NCBI GenBank assembly: GCA_946410555.1
Contig: CAMKAT010000004.1
Span: 1-63,627, forward strand
Direction of reading: 5' to 3'
Origin: an uncultured Bacillales bacterium
GTDB lineage: Bacteria > Bacillota_I > Bacilli_A > RF39 > UBA660
DNA length: 63,627 nucleotides
A program made the translations under genes and the position numbers. The notes under the pieces are model-generated. The model was not told where the DNA came from. It ran no database searches and saw only the letters and a program-made list of their open reading frames with translations. How positions within the stretch are numbered: position 1 is the stretch's first letter; every line of letters begins with the position of its first letter. Shown piece by piece: positions 8,332 to 18,805 of this stretch.

Positions 8332-9424
8332 ATGAATAACGAATATTTAAAAAAATATAATGATTTATTAACTAATTTAACTGATATTGGGAGGTCACTT
8401 TGACCTTGATGGTAAGCAAGAAGAATTAAAGAGTTTAGAACTTGAATTACAAAATCCGGACATATGGAATGATATGTCTAAATATAATGATTTAAATCAA
8501 AAATATAATGAATTGAAAAAAGAAACTAAAGAATACTTAGATTTAAAGAATAGTATTAATGACAATATAGAGTTTCTAACAATGTCTCTTGAAGATGATT
8601 CAATAGATATTAGTGACTTTATAAATGATTATGATTCAATCAAAGAAAAACTTGAAGAGTTTGAAACAGCTTCTTTATTAAATGGAGAATATGATAAAGA
8701 AAACTGTTATTTAGAAATACATCCTGGAGCTGGTGGTACCGAATCTTGTGATTGGGCTAACATGCTACTTAGAATGTATACTATGTTTTTTGATAAGTTT
8801 GGATTTAAATATGAAATAATTGATAAACTTCCTGGTGAAGAAGCAGGAATTAAATCAGTTTTAATTTATATCAAAGGAACTAATGCTTATGGATACTTGA
8901 AAAGTGAAATTGGGGTTCATAGATTAGTTAGAATTAGTCCATTTAACGCTAATGGAAAAAGACAAACTTCATTTGCTGCTGTTAATGTTACTCCAGAGTT
9001 TCCTGATGTTTCTAAAAATATTGATGTTAATGAAGATGATTTAAGAATCGATGTTTATAGATCAAGTGGAAATGGTGGTCAGGGAGTTAATACTACTGAT
9101 TCAGCAGTAAGAGTAACTCATATTCCAACAGGTATAGTTGTTACTTGTCAAAATGAAAGAAGTCAAATCAAAAACAAAGAAACAGCAATTAAAGTATTAA
9201 AGAATAAATTATATGAAATAGAACTAAAGACTAGGGAAGATAATATAAATAGTCTTAAGGGAAATAGTAATATAGATTTCGGTAGTCAAATTAGAAATTA
9301 TGTATTAGAACCATATACATTAGTTAAAGATGTAAGAACAGCTTATGAAACAAATAATGCATCTAAAGTATTAGATGGTGATCTATATGGATTTATTAAT
9401 GCATATTTAAGAATGAAGAGGTAA
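8332..9424 (+). CDS. prfB: Peptide chain release factor 2, translated via a programmed +1 frameshift
   Basis: Frame 0 runs from ATG 8332 to CTT (8398-8400) and TGA (8401-8403). The +1 frame continues from GAC 8402 to 9424. SPF tripeptide (RISPFNANGKRQTSF) and GGQ (SSGNGGQGVNTT) are present. Confidence 0.95.
8389..8404 (+). promoter_or_regulatory. RF2 autoregulatory +1 frameshift site
   Basis: Internal SD-like GGGAGG, a 3-nt spacer, then CTT TGA C. Confidence 0.9.
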
Positions 9425-9426
9425 AG

Positions 9427-10251
9427 ATGAAAAAGTGGTTATTGTTGATACTTAGTTTAGAATTAATTGCTATTAGTTATATAGTATTTATTATTCCAAA
9501 TGGTTTTATATCATTTGGTGTCGAGGGAATAGCTAGTCTTATTTATAGAATAAATGGAGTTAATCCTGCGATAAACATTATAGTAATAAATGGAATACTT
9601 ATTCTTCTTATATCTATATTATTAGATTTTAACAAGATTAAGGATTATATTATTCCAGCTTTATTAATTCCTATATTTATATTTATTAACATGTTCCTAT
9701 TTAAAAACTATGATATTAAGTTACCTGAGACTTCCATTACACTTTTAGTTGCGGGTGTTATCGGAGGTTATGGATATAGTTTATTATATAGACTTGGATA
9801 TGGAGCAAGTATTATTTTCTTACTTGAAGAACTTGCTGGTAAATATACTAAGTTCCATAGTAAAGTATATTCATGGATATTAGATATAATCTTAATATTT
9901 ATACTTTTTGCAATAAGTAATTATCGAATAGCAACATATTCATTTATAATTATAGTAATTATTAAATACATGATTACAAAGGCAAGATTTGGAATTAATG
10001 ATTCTAAGATGTTTTATATAATTACTTCAAAAGAATCAGAAGTTAAAAACTATATATTACATGTTCTAGGATATGAATTAACAGTGTTAGAATCTCGTGG
10101 TGGATATACTAAACATAAAAATAAAGTATTATTAACAGTTATAAATAGAAATGATTTCTATAAATTAAAAACTGGTATTAAAGAAATAGATAATAAAGCA
10201 TTTATAGCAATCACTGATACATATGATGTTATAAATGGTAAATCATTTTAG
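9427..10251 (+). CDS. YitT-family membrane protein (DUF2179 C-terminal domain)
   Basis: Five or six TM segments plus a C-terminal soluble domain GGYTKHKNKVLLTVINRNDFYKLKTGIKEIDNKAFIAITDTYDV. Confidence 0.7.
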   Translation: MKKWLLLILSLELIAISYIVFIIPNGFISFGVEGIASLIYRINGVNPAINIIVINGILILLISILLDFNKIKDYIIPALLIPIFIFINMFLFKNYDIKLPETSITLLVAGVIGGYGYSLLYRLGYGASIIFLLEELAGKYTKFHSKVYSWILDIILIFILFAISNYRIATYSFIIIVIIKYMITKARFGINDSKMFYIITSKESEVKNYILHVLGYELTVLESRGGYTKHKNKVLLTVINRNDFYKLKTGIKEIDNKAFIAITDTYDVINGKSF

Positions 10252-10260
10252 GGGGACTAT

Positions 10261-10746
10261 ATGAAATATTTAAAAGCCTTAATTCTTATTTTAGTAGTAT
10301 TTATTACATGTGGATGTGGTAAAAGAACATCAGTTAGTCCTCAAGACTTTTTAAATAAAGCAAAGGATTATAATTACACAGATGTTAAAAACTCAATAGA
10401 TTTTGCAGATGCTGCTTATAAAATCGAAGGGGATAATAATTTAAGTGTTTTATACATTAAATGTAGTAATAAGAATACTATTAAAAGAATGTATTATGAT
10501 GAAACTAATAATGTAACTAAGAAAGCTGCAGCTGAGCTTGCACTTGAAGATAAAAGCAAAACAGAGTTTAGTTTAGATGATATTGAAAAGAGTATTACTA
10601 AAGGTGATAACTATACAATCGCAGGTTATGATCTTAAGAGTACTTATTATAGATTAAGCTGGATAGATGATACAGTTATCATTGCTAGTATAGATATAAA
10701 ACATAAATCTGATTTAGTTAATTTTATGAAATCTATGAATTATTAG
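10261..10746 (+). CDS. Secreted or lipoprotein-like hypothetical protein
   Basis: Signal-peptide-like N-terminus ending ITCGCGK. Confidence 0.6.
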   Translation: MKYLKALILILVVFITCGCGKRTSVSPQDFLNKAKDYNYTDVKNSIDFADAAYKIEGDNNLSVLYIKCSNKNTIKRMYYDETNNVTKKAAAELALEDKSKTEFSLDDIEKSITKGDNYTIAGYDLKSTYYRLSWIDDTVIIASIDIKHKSDLVNFMKSMNY

Positions 10747-10828
10747 TATTGTAAAATCCATGTATATCATGGATTTTTATTATTTAATAGAACAAAAAGT
10801 ATATTATGATTATTATGAGGTAATCGAT

Positions 10829-11134
10829 ATGGAAGAAAAAAATATAGGAGTTTCCTTAACTAAGATAATTGAAGAAGGTGAATTACTTGCTCAAAACATC
10901 GATCGTGGTGTTAAGATAGCAAAGGAAAAGAACACACTTGAAGCAATTGAAAAGATAGTTAAAAAAGTGAGTAATTTTTATAACGATATTAATTCAATTC
11001 GATTAAATGGCGATAATAGGTCTAAAGTTATAAGCATCTTTAAAGCGGTTAGACCTGCATTAAATGAGTTAAATATTTTAAAAATCAATTTAAGTCAAAA
11101 CAAAACAGAAGTTCAACCAAGTCCATCTATGTAA
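10829..11134 (+). CDS. Hypothetical protein (101 aa)
   Basis: ATG 10829 follows a GAGG RBS. The longer track ORF (10760) would run through the terminator hairpin aaatccatg/catggattt of the upstream gene. Confidence 0.55.
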   Translation: MEEKNIGVSLTKIIEEGELLAQNIDRGVKIAKEKNTLEAIEKIVKKVSNFYNDINSIRLNGDNRSKVISIFKAVRPALNELNILKINLSQNKTEVQPSPSM

Positions 11135-11218
11135 AGGTGGATTTTTTAATGTTTATTTAATTTACGTTCAGTATATTTTTACTTGAGGATGTGGTAGAAT
11201 TTAGTTAAGGTGAAGAAT

Positions 11219-12151
11219 ATGAAGGAAAAGGTATTTAAGACATTAGACGAACAGATTGAGATACTAGAAAAGAAAAATCTTAAGATTGATGACGTTGATT
11301 ATGCAAAAAAGATATTATTACGTGAAAATTACTTCTTCCTTATGGGGTATAGACATTTATTCTTAAAACAAAATAATAGATCACAATTTATAGATACAAC
11401 TGAGTTTAGAGAAATCTATGCTTTGTTCTCATTTGATAGACAATTAAGAAATATTATATTTAAAAATATTTTAATAATTGAAAACAATGCTAAGAGTATA
11501 TTCTCTTATGTATTATCTCAAAAACATGGTTATAAAGAAAAAGATTATTTAAAACCAAGTAGTTATAACCATAGTCCAGAAAAACAAAGACAAATTAGCG
11601 ATTTATTAAGAAAGATGAAAAGACAAATAAATGTTAATGGAAGACAACATGAAGCTACTAAACACTACTTAGATAATTATGGATATATTCCTTTATGGGT
11701 AGTTGTAAAAGTATTATCTTTTGGTATAACTTCTGAATTATACACAATTATGAAAAGAGTAGATCAAGAAGAAATAGCTGAAAAATTCCAAATTTCCGTT
11801 GAAAACTTAATAGCTTTCTTCCCAATTCTTTCTAACTATAGAAACCTTTGTGCTCATGAAGACATTCTATATGAACACAAAACTCAAAAGGTTATTCCAG
11901 ATAATAAATATTTAGAATATTTAAATATTCCTAGAATAGATGGAGAATACATTTATGGTAAAGGTGATGTTTTCTCTGTAATAATTATCTTTAAATACTT
12001 ATTATATAAGGATGACTTTAGAATGATGATGAATGAAATCAACTATGAAATTGATCATTTAAGTGGGGTATTACATTCCATCTCTATAGATAATGTATTA
12101 GATAGAATGGGATTCCCTAACAATTACAAAACACTAGTAGATATAGATTAG
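11219..12151 (+). CDS. Abi_2 (AbiD/AbiF-like) abortive-infection family protein
   Basis: N-terminal LDEQIEILEKKNLKIDD...AKKILLRENYFFLMGY plus a downstream YRNLCAHED motif, both typical of the Abi_2 family. Confidence 0.8.
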   Translation: MKEKVFKTLDEQIEILEKKNLKIDDVDYAKKILLRENYFFLMGYRHLFLKQNNRSQFIDTTEFREIYALFSFDRQLRNIIFKNILIIENNAKSIFSYVLSQKHGYKEKDYLKPSSYNHSPEKQRQISDLLRKMKRQINVNGRQHEATKHYLDNYGYIPLWVVVKVLSFGITSELYTIMKRVDQEEIAEKFQISVENLIAFFPILSNYRNLCAHEDILYEHKTQKVIPDNKYLEYLNIPRIDGEYIYGKGDVFSVIIIFKYLLYKDDFRMMMNEINYEIDHLSGVLHSISIDNVLDRMGFPNNYKTLVDID

Positions 12152-12160
12152 GAGATTATT

Positions 12161-13285
12161 ATGGAAAAAAATAAGAATATTAATAATAAGATAATTATAA
12201 TAGGTATAGTAATAGTATTTTTACTTGTAATCGTAGATTTAGTGGCACAAAATGTTCCATGGAATAATCTATTTGAAAAAGAAGTAATAACTAAAGAAAA
12301 CAGAGATGTTACTATTACTGATACTGGAATAGCAGAATCAGTTGATAAATTATATGATGCTACAGTTATAGTTAAGGTTGGTAACCAAGCTGGTCAAATA
12401 GCAGGTTGGGGATCAGGTGTTGTTTATGACACTGATGATACTAAAGCTTACATTTTAACTAATCACCATGTAGTAGAAAATGCATCAAAGATTGAAATTG
12501 AATTTACTAATGAAACTACTACTACTGGAACATTAGTAGGTGAAGATAAAATTGCAGATATCGCAGTTGTAAGTGTAGATAAAGATAAAATAATTAAAGT
12601 TGCTGAAATCGGTAAGAGTGCTGATATAAGACTAGGAGATACAGTATTTGCTATTGGTACTCCAATTCAATTATCATTTAAATTTACAGTAACAAGAGGT
12701 ATCTTAAGTGGTAAAGATAGACTAGTAGAAATGTCTAGCAGTTCACAATCTTATTTCTCAAGAAATACAGAGTCTTGGTATATGAATTTATTACAAATTG
12801 ATGCATCAATTAACTCAGGAAACTCTGGTGGTCCACTTGCTAATGCAAATGGTGAATTAATTGGTATTAATAATAGTAAGTTATCTTCATCATATACTTC
12901 AACATCAATTGAAAATATGGGATTCTCAATTCCAATCGAAGATGCTTTAAACATTGCCTCTCAATTAAGAAATAATGGAAAAGTTACTAGACCATTCTTA
13001 GGTGTTAGTATGACTAGTGTAGATCTTGCTAGTAGAGCAGGTATTAAACTTGATTCATCAGTAACTGAAGGAGCAGTAATTGTTGAAGTTCAAAAAGATT
13101 CAGCATCAGATAAAGCTGGACTTAAGAGTGGAGATGTAATTACTAAGTTTGGTGATTATAAAATCAAAGATTACACATATTTAAAATATTATCTATATAG
13201 ATATAATGTTGGTGATAAAGTTACTGTTACTTATATAAGAAATGGTAAAGAAGCAACAACAGAAATGACTTTAAGGGAAAGTTAG
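12161..13285 (+). CDS. htrA: HtrA/DegP-family serine protease with a PDZ domain
   Basis: TM anchor; catalytic triad context NHHVV, DIAVV, GNSGGPL; C-terminal PDZ (GAVIVEV...AGLKSGDVI). Confidence 0.9.
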   Translation: MEKNKNINNKIIIIGIVIVFLLVIVDLVAQNVPWNNLFEKEVITKENRDVTITDTGIAESVDKLYDATVIVKVGNQAGQIAGWGSGVVYDTDDTKAYILTNHHVVENASKIEIEFTNETTTTGTLVGEDKIADIAVVSVDKDKIIKVAEIGKSADIRLGDTVFAIGTPIQLSFKFTVTRGILSGKDRLVEMSSSSQSYFSRNTESWYMNLLQIDASINSGNSGGPLANANGELIGINNSKLSSSYTSTSIENMGFSIPIEDALNIASQLRNNGKVTRPFLGVSMTSVDLASRAGIKLDSSVTEGAVIVEVQKDSASDKAGLKSGDVITKFGDYKIKDYTYLKYYLYRYNVGDKVTVTYIRNGKEATTEMTLRES

Positions 13286-13337
13286 TTAAAACTTTCCTTT
13301 TTTTATGTTATAATACTAACGAATTGGAGGAATTTAA

Positions 13338-14438
13338 ATGTCACTTAAAGCAGGAATCGTAGGTTTACCTAACGTTGGTAAATCAACTTTATTTAATGCT
13401 ATTACAAAACAACAAGCACTAGCAGCTAACTATCCATTTGCTACTATTGAACCTAATATTGGAGTAGTTACAGTACCAGATAAAAGATTAAACTTCTTAA
13501 ATGATTTATATCAACCTAAATCATTAGTACCAACTGCATATGAATTTATTGATATCGCAGGATTAGTTAAAGGAGCATCTCAAGGTGAAGGATTAGGAAA
13601 TAAATTCTTATCACATGTAAGAGAAGTAGATGCAATCGTAGAAGTAGTTAGATGTTTTGAAAATAGAGATATTACTCACGTTGAAGGATTAGTAGATCCA
13701 ATCAGAGATATTGGTATTATTAATACAGAACTTATTTTATCTGACTTAGAAATTGTTGAAAACAGAATTGCTAAGATGGGTAAGAAAGCACAAATGACTA
13801 AAGATAAACAAGAATTACTTGAAATTGGTGTTTTAAATAAATGTAAGGAAAACTTATTACAAGAAGTTCCATTAAGATTAGTAGATTTTGATGAAGATGA
13901 ATTAGTTGTATTAAAGGGTTTTCAATTTATTACTGCTAAACCAATTATTTATGTAGCTAATGTATCCGAAGATGAAGTCGCTACTGGTAATAATGAATAT
14001 GTTGAAAGAGTACAACAATATGCATCAAAAGAAGGTGCTGGAGTTGTAGTCATGTGTGCTAAGATTGAAGCTGAACTTGCAGGTCTAACTGATGAAGATA
14101 GAGAATTATTCATGGAAGACTTAGGAATTAATAATTCTGGATTAGATAAGCTTATATTTGAAACATATGATTTATTAGGGCTTGCTACATTCTTTACCGC
14201 AGGTACAGATGAATGTAGAGCATGGACATTTAAGAAGGGCATGAAAGCACCTGAATGTGCTGGAATCATCCATACTGACTTCCAAAGAGGTTTCATTAGA
14301 GCTGAAGTTATGAGTTATGAAGACTTAGTTCAATATGGAACTGAATTAAAAGTAAAAGAAGCTGGTAAAACTCGTCTTGAAGGTAAAGAATACCTAATGC
14401 AAGATGGAGATATAGTATATTTCAGATTTAACGTATAA
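13338..14438 (+). CDS. ychF: Redox-regulated ATPase YchF
   Basis: GIVGLPNVGKSTLFNA P-loop, 366 aa, C-terminal TGS-like DGDIVYFRFNV. Confidence 0.95.
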   Translation: MSLKAGIVGLPNVGKSTLFNAITKQQALAANYPFATIEPNIGVVTVPDKRLNFLNDLYQPKSLVPTAYEFIDIAGLVKGASQGEGLGNKFLSHVREVDAIVEVVRCFENRDITHVEGLVDPIRDIGIINTELILSDLEIVENRIAKMGKKAQMTKDKQELLEIGVLNKCKENLLQEVPLRLVDFDEDELVVLKGFQFITAKPIIYVANVSEDEVATGNNEYVERVQQYASKEGAGVVVMCAKIEAELAGLTDEDRELFMEDLGINNSGLDKLIFETYDLLGLATFFTAGTDECRAWTFKKGMKAPECAGIIHTDFQRGFIRAEVMSYEDLVQYGTELKVKEAGKTRLEGKEYLMQDGDIVYFRFNV

Positions 14439-14477
14439 AAGGCACTGTATAGTGCTTTTTTATAATGAAATTTAAGG

Positions 14478-14506
14478 TTTACAAAGGTTATTCTCTTTGT
14501 TATAAT
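14478..14506 (+). promoter_or_regulatory. Promoter of the rpsF-ssb-rpsR operon
   Basis: TTTACA, 17-nt spacer, extended -10 TGTTATAAT. Confidence 0.6.
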
Positions 14507-14512
14507 ACATTG

Positions 14513-14575
14513 TGAGCGAAGAGCTCCTTGTTTATTCGTGGGAATAAACCAAAGTCCATAAGGAGGTGTAAGAGA
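14513..14575 (+). promoter_or_regulatory. rpsF 5' leader with a hairpin (candidate S6:S18 autoregulatory leader)
   Basis: Hairpin GTTTATT-cgtggg-AATAAAC directly upstream of the AAGGAGG RBS. The position matches known rpsF leader elements. Confidence 0.4.
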
Positions 14576-14866
14576 ATGAGAAAATACGAAATGATGTTCA
14601 TCGTAAAATCTACTGTAGAAGAAAACGTAGCTTCAGCTGCTGTTGAAAACATTAAAAATATCGTTACTTCTATGAAAGGTGAAATCACTAAATTCGACGA
14701 TTTAGGAAATAAAAAATTAGCTTACCCAATTAAAAAGGAAGTAACTGGTTCTTACTATGTTATGTACTTCAATGCTAATAACGAAATTATTTCTGAATTA
14801 GATCGTAAATCTAGAATTGACGAAACAATTTTAAGACATTTAATAATTAAATTAGACGAGGAATAA
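14576..14866 (+). CDS. rpsF: 30S ribosomal protein S6
   Basis: MRKYEMMFIVKSTVEE... is a typical S6 N-terminus; AAGGAGG RBS. Confidence 0.93.
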   Translation: MRKYEMMFIVKSTVEENVASAAVENIKNIVTSMKGEITKFDDLGNKKLAYPIKKEVTGSYYVMYFNANNEIISELDRKSRIDETILRHLIIKLDEE

Positions 14867-14869
14867 AAT

Positions 14870-15316
14870 ATGAATAACGTATGTTTGATAGGAAGATTAA
14901 CTAGAGATCCTGAATTAAGAACAACTGCTAATGGAACAAGTACTACAGCATTTTCTATAGCTGTTGATGGTTATAGAAATCAAAATGGTGAAGTTCATAC
15001 TGACTTTATTAACATCGTTGTTTGGAATAAACAAGCTGAAAATGTTTGCAAATTCGTTAAAAAAGGTTCTCAAGTAGGAATTCAAGGAAGAATTTCAACA
15101 AGAAGTTATGATGCTCAAGATGGTACTAAGAGATACGTTACTGAAGTTGTTGCTTCAAATGTTACTTTCTTAGGATCTAAAGCAGACAATGCTTCTACTA
15201 ATTTTGAAAGTAGTTCGTCTTTTGAAAATGCTGAAACAGCTGATTTCTCAGAAAACACTTATAGTGATTTCGATGGAGATACAACATTAAGCGAAGATGA
15301 CGACCTACCATTCTAG
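14870..15316 (+). CDS. ssb: Single-stranded DNA-binding protein
   Basis: NNVCLIGRLTRDPELR OB-fold N-terminus, acidic tail ending DDDLPF. Confidence 0.95.
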   Translation: MNNVCLIGRLTRDPELRTTANGTSTTAFSIAVDGYRNQNGEVHTDFINIVVWNKQAENVCKFVKKGSQVGIQGRISTRSYDAQDGTKRYVTEVVASNVTFLGSKADNASTNFESSSSFENAETADFSENTYSDFDGDTTLSEDDDLPF

Positions 15317-15330
15317 AAAGGGCGTAAATT

Positions 15331-15546
15331 ATGAGAGATTTTTATAAGAAAAAGAAAAAATTAGCACAAATTTATGATCCAAAAACAGTAGACTATAAAG
15401 ATGTTAACATTGTTACTAAATTTATAAATGAAAAAGGTAAAATTTTACCTAGAAGAATGACTGGCGCTACTGCTGCAGATCAAAAACATATTGCTAAACA
15501 AGTAAAAAGAGCTAGATTCATGGCTTTAATTGCTGACGTTAAATAA
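15331..15546 (+). CDS. rpsR: 30S ribosomal protein S18
   Basis: VDYKDVNIVTKFINEKGKILPRRMTG...QKHIAKQVKRARFMALI. Confidence 0.93.
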   Translation: MRDFYKKKKKLAQIYDPKTVDYKDVNIVTKFINEKGKILPRRMTGATAADQKHIAKQVKRARFMALIADVK

Positions 15547-15595
15547 GAGTTATTTATTAACTCTTTTTTTATAAATAAAAAATCTAGGAGTAATC

Positions 15596-16642
15596 CTAGA
15601 TTTCTTTTTCTATTAATTCAATTATTTCGTTTCTTAATTCTTCATTAGATTCTTTCTTTAATAGTGAATTAAAGTTTGCAAATACTATTAGTTTAGTAGC
15701 TTCACTCTTTGATAAACCTCTAGACATTATATAAAATAGTTGATTATTATCTACTTTTCCACTAGATACTGAGTGACTACCATTAACATCTTCTTCAGTA
15801 CATAAAAGCATAGGTAAGCTTTTAGTAATTGCATTATCGCTTAGTAATAATACATTCTCATATTCTTTTCCAAATGCTTTCTTACATCCTGATTTAAAGT
15901 CTATCGTAGATTTATAATTCTTTATAGCTTTATCGTTTAGAATACCATATGTAGTCATATTAGATTCTGTTTTAACGCCTTTTAATTCGGTTAAATAATT
16001 CATATCTAATAATGAATCATCTTTGCCTATATAAATATTATTTAAGTTATTTGAAGAACTAATATCTTTAAGATCAGTATAATAGTTAGTAATTCTCTTG
16101 TTACCTTTAAGGTCATATAAGTTATGGTTTATAAAACCTGATTCTTCCACATTATTTTCTATTGCTATTAAGTTATTAGAATCTTTATTAATATTAGCAA
16201 CTATAGAAATGTCTAAATGCGCATTCTTTTCAACATTATTAATTTGTTTTAAATAGTTAAATGCTGGAGTATCATCTTCAGATATAAACTTTATAATGAA
16301 TTTAGATTTAGAGGATTCTTTAGCATTAATATTAATCCTACTAAATAATTTATTAGCATCGTTTGTGAAGTGATATTCGATTATACAATCATTCTTAAGT
16401 TCTTCGTATTCTTTTACTGTGATGTTTATTTCATAATCTAATGTATCTTCAAGACCGATTTTTGTTGTTTCATTAGTATTAGGTTTGTTAATATCTATAT
16501 CTATTTTATCCATTTCATCACTTACAATGTTTATAATGTTTAATTTATAAACAAGTGGAATATCTAGATCAACATTAATATTATTAATCATAAAACCATT
16601 TGTAGTCTTAACTGGAGTTTCATTTAATATATATTTCATCAT
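15596..16642 (-). CDS. sufD: Fe-S cluster assembly protein SufD (short form)
   Basis: C-terminal SufBD beta-helix pattern with HSVSSGKVDNNQLFYIMSRGLSKSEA. Lies downstream of sufB. Confidence 0.75.
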   Translation of the reverse strand: MMKYILNETPVKTTNGFMINNINVDLDIPLVYKLNIINIVSDEMDKIDIDINKPNTNETTKIGLEDTLDYEINITVKEYEELKNDCIIEYHFTNDANKLFSRININAKESSKSKFIIKFISEDDTPAFNYLKQINNVEKNAHLDISIVANINKDSNNLIAIENNVEESGFINHNLYDLKGNKRITNYYTDLKDISSSNNLNNIYIGKDDSLLDMNYLTELKGVKTESNMTTYGILNDKAIKNYKSTIDFKSGCKKAFGKEYENVLLLSDNAITKSLPMLLCTEEDVNGSHSVSSGKVDNNQLFYIMSRGLSKSEATKLIVFANFNSLLKKESNEELRNEIIELIEKEI

Positions 16643-16650
16643 GTACCTCC

Positions 16651-18045
16651 TTAACCTATGGTTCCTTCAAGTTCTAAGTTGATAAGTCTATTCATTTCAA
16701 CAGCATATTCAACTGGGAACGATTTAGATATTGGTTCAGCAAAACCACGAACTATTAATGCTTTAGCTTCATCTTCAGATAAACCTCTAGACATTAAATA
16801 GAAGATAGCTTTATCGGATATTTTACCAATTGTAGCTTCATGTGAGAATGTTACATCATCAGTTTCTATTTTATTAACTGGGATAGTGTCAGATCTAGAT
16901 ATTGAATCTAACATTAAAGATTCACAATTAAGACTAAGTTTAGCATTCTTAGCGTTCTTCTTAACCCATTCATAACTTCTGAATGTACAGATACCACCAT
17001 CTTTAGAAATAGATTTAGAATTTACAACACACGAAGTATTCTTTGCATTATGAATTACTTTAAGTCCTGTATCTAAGTTTTGTCCATTTCCCGCGAATGA
17101 TATTGCGGTAAATTCACATTTAGCATTTTCTCCATTAAGTACACTTAAAGGATATAACATAGATACTTTAGAACCAAATGAACCCATGATCCATTCAATC
17201 TTAGCATTTTTACCTACGAAACATTTCTTTGTATTTAGGTTTAACATGTTTTTAGACCAATTCTCAATTGTTGAGAATCTTAAATTTGCATTATCATTAA
17301 CGAATAATTCTACACATCCAGCGTGAACGTTAAGTTCATTATATCCAGGAGCAGAGCAACCTTCGATAAATTGAAGATCAGCACCTTCATCTACAACTAT
17401 TAAAGTGTGTTCAAATTGACCAGCCCCAGGAGCGTTAAGTCTAAAGTAAGATTGTAATGGGTAATCTAACTTAACTCCTTTAGGTACATAAATAAATGAA
17501 CCACCTGAGAATAGGGCATAGTGAAGTGCTATATATTTATGATCATTCAAAGGAACTGCTTTTGAGAAGTATTTCTTAACTAATTCTGGATACTCTTTGA
17601 TAGCAGTATCAAAGTCTGTGTAGATAACTCCTAGTTTTTCAACTTTTTCGGATAAGTTATGATATACAGCTTCAGAGTCATATTGAGCTCCAACACCTGC
17701 AAGGGATTCTTTTTCAGCTTCAGGAATACCTAATTTATCGAATACATTTCTAATATCGTTAGGAACATCATCCCAAGTCATTTGTTTTTTGGTTTCAGGT
17801 TTGATATAAGTAGCAATTTTGTTTATATCAAGTTCAGTAAGTTCAGGACCCCAATCAGGATTATTAAGTTCATTAAATAATTTTAATGCTTTTAATCTTA
17901 TATCTAATACCCAATCAGGTTCTTCTTTTTCTTTTGAAATAAGTCTTATAACATCTTCTGAAATTCCTACACCTTTTTTGATATATTTAGTTTCGGTTTT
18001 AATGTTATAAATGTTTTTATCTATATTATCAATTCTAGTTTTCAT
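16651..18045 (-). CDS. sufB: Fe-S cluster assembly protein SufB
   Basis: GIPEAEKESLAGVGAQYDSEAVYH and FYLMSRGLSEDEAKALIVRGF; 464 aa. Confidence 0.92.
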   Translation of the reverse strand: MKTRIDNIDKNIYNIKTETKYIKKGVGISEDVIRLISKEKEEPDWVLDIRLKALKLFNELNNPDWGPELTELDINKIATYIKPETKKQMTWDDVPNDIRNVFDKLGIPEAEKESLAGVGAQYDSEAVYHNLSEKVEKLGVIYTDFDTAIKEYPELVKKYFSKAVPLNDHKYIALHYALFSGGSFIYVPKGVKLDYPLQSYFRLNAPGAGQFEHTLIVVDEGADLQFIEGCSAPGYNELNVHAGCVELFVNDNANLRFSTIENWSKNMLNLNTKKCFVGKNAKIEWIMGSFGSKVSMLYPLSVLNGENAKCEFTAISFAGNGQNLDTGLKVIHNAKNTSCVVNSKSISKDGGICTFRSYEWVKKNAKNAKLSLNCESLMLDSISRSDTIPVNKIETDDVTFSHEATIGKISDKAIFYLMSRGLSEDEAKALIVRGFAEPISKSFPVEYAVEMNRLINLELEGTIG

Positions 18046-18796
18046 TCTTTAATCCTTTGATTATTTCTGAATATCCTTCTTTATCAATTCTATTAGCTAA
18101 AGTATGATCACCACTTAAAACTATCTTTCCATCAACTAAAACATGAACATAATCTACATCTAAGTTTTTAAGTAACTTAGTAGAGTGAGTAATAATAATT
18201 ACTGAATTATTATCGTTTTTAAATAAATTTATACCATTAGACACTATATTTATAGCATCAACATCTAATCCTGAGTCTGTTTCATCTAAGATAGCAAGCT
18301 TAGGATTTAATACTAACATTTGTAATATTTCATTCTTTTTCTTTTCACCACCTGAGAATCCAACATTTAAATCTCTTGTTGTATTCTTAGTTGGAATACT
18401 AAGCTTATTCATGAAGTCTTCAACTTCTTTAGAGAAGTTATATAGATTTACTTTTTCTTCACTAACATTTTGTTTAGCACTCTTAAGAAATTGTGCTACT
18501 GTAATCCCAGGAATCTCTTCAGGAGTTTGGAAGGACATGAATATACCAGCTTTAGCAATATTGTTTACTTTTTCGTTAGTAATATCTTTTCCATCAAAAA
18601 TAATAGTTCCTTCAGTTTTTTCATATTCAGGATTATTAAATATTGTATTTGCTAAAGTAGATTTACCTGCACCATTAGGTCCCATGATTACATGAATTTC
18701 ACCTTTATTAACTGTTAAATCTAAACCTTTAAGTATTTGTTTATCTAAATCTTTAACTTTTGTATGTATATTTTTAATTTCTAATAGTTTCTTCAT
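18035..18796 (-). CDS. sufC: Fe-S cluster assembly ATPase SufC
   Basis: Walker A GPNGAGKST, FSGGEKKKNEILQ signature, Walker B LAILDETDSGLD. Confidence 0.93.
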   Translation of the reverse strand: MKKLLEIKNIHTKVKDLDKQILKGLDLTVNKGEIHVIMGPNGAGKSTLANTIFNNPEYEKTEGTIIFDGKDITNEKVNNIAKAGIFMSFQTPEEIPGITVAQFLKSAKQNVSEEKVNLYNFSKEVEDFMNKLSIPTKNTTRDLNVGFSGGEKKKNEILQMLVLNPKLAILDETDSGLDVDAINIVSNGINLFKNDNNSVIIITHSTKLLKNLDVDYVHVLVDGKIVLSGDHTLANRIDKEGYSEIIKGLKNEN

Positions 18797-18805
18797 AGTT
18801 CCTCC

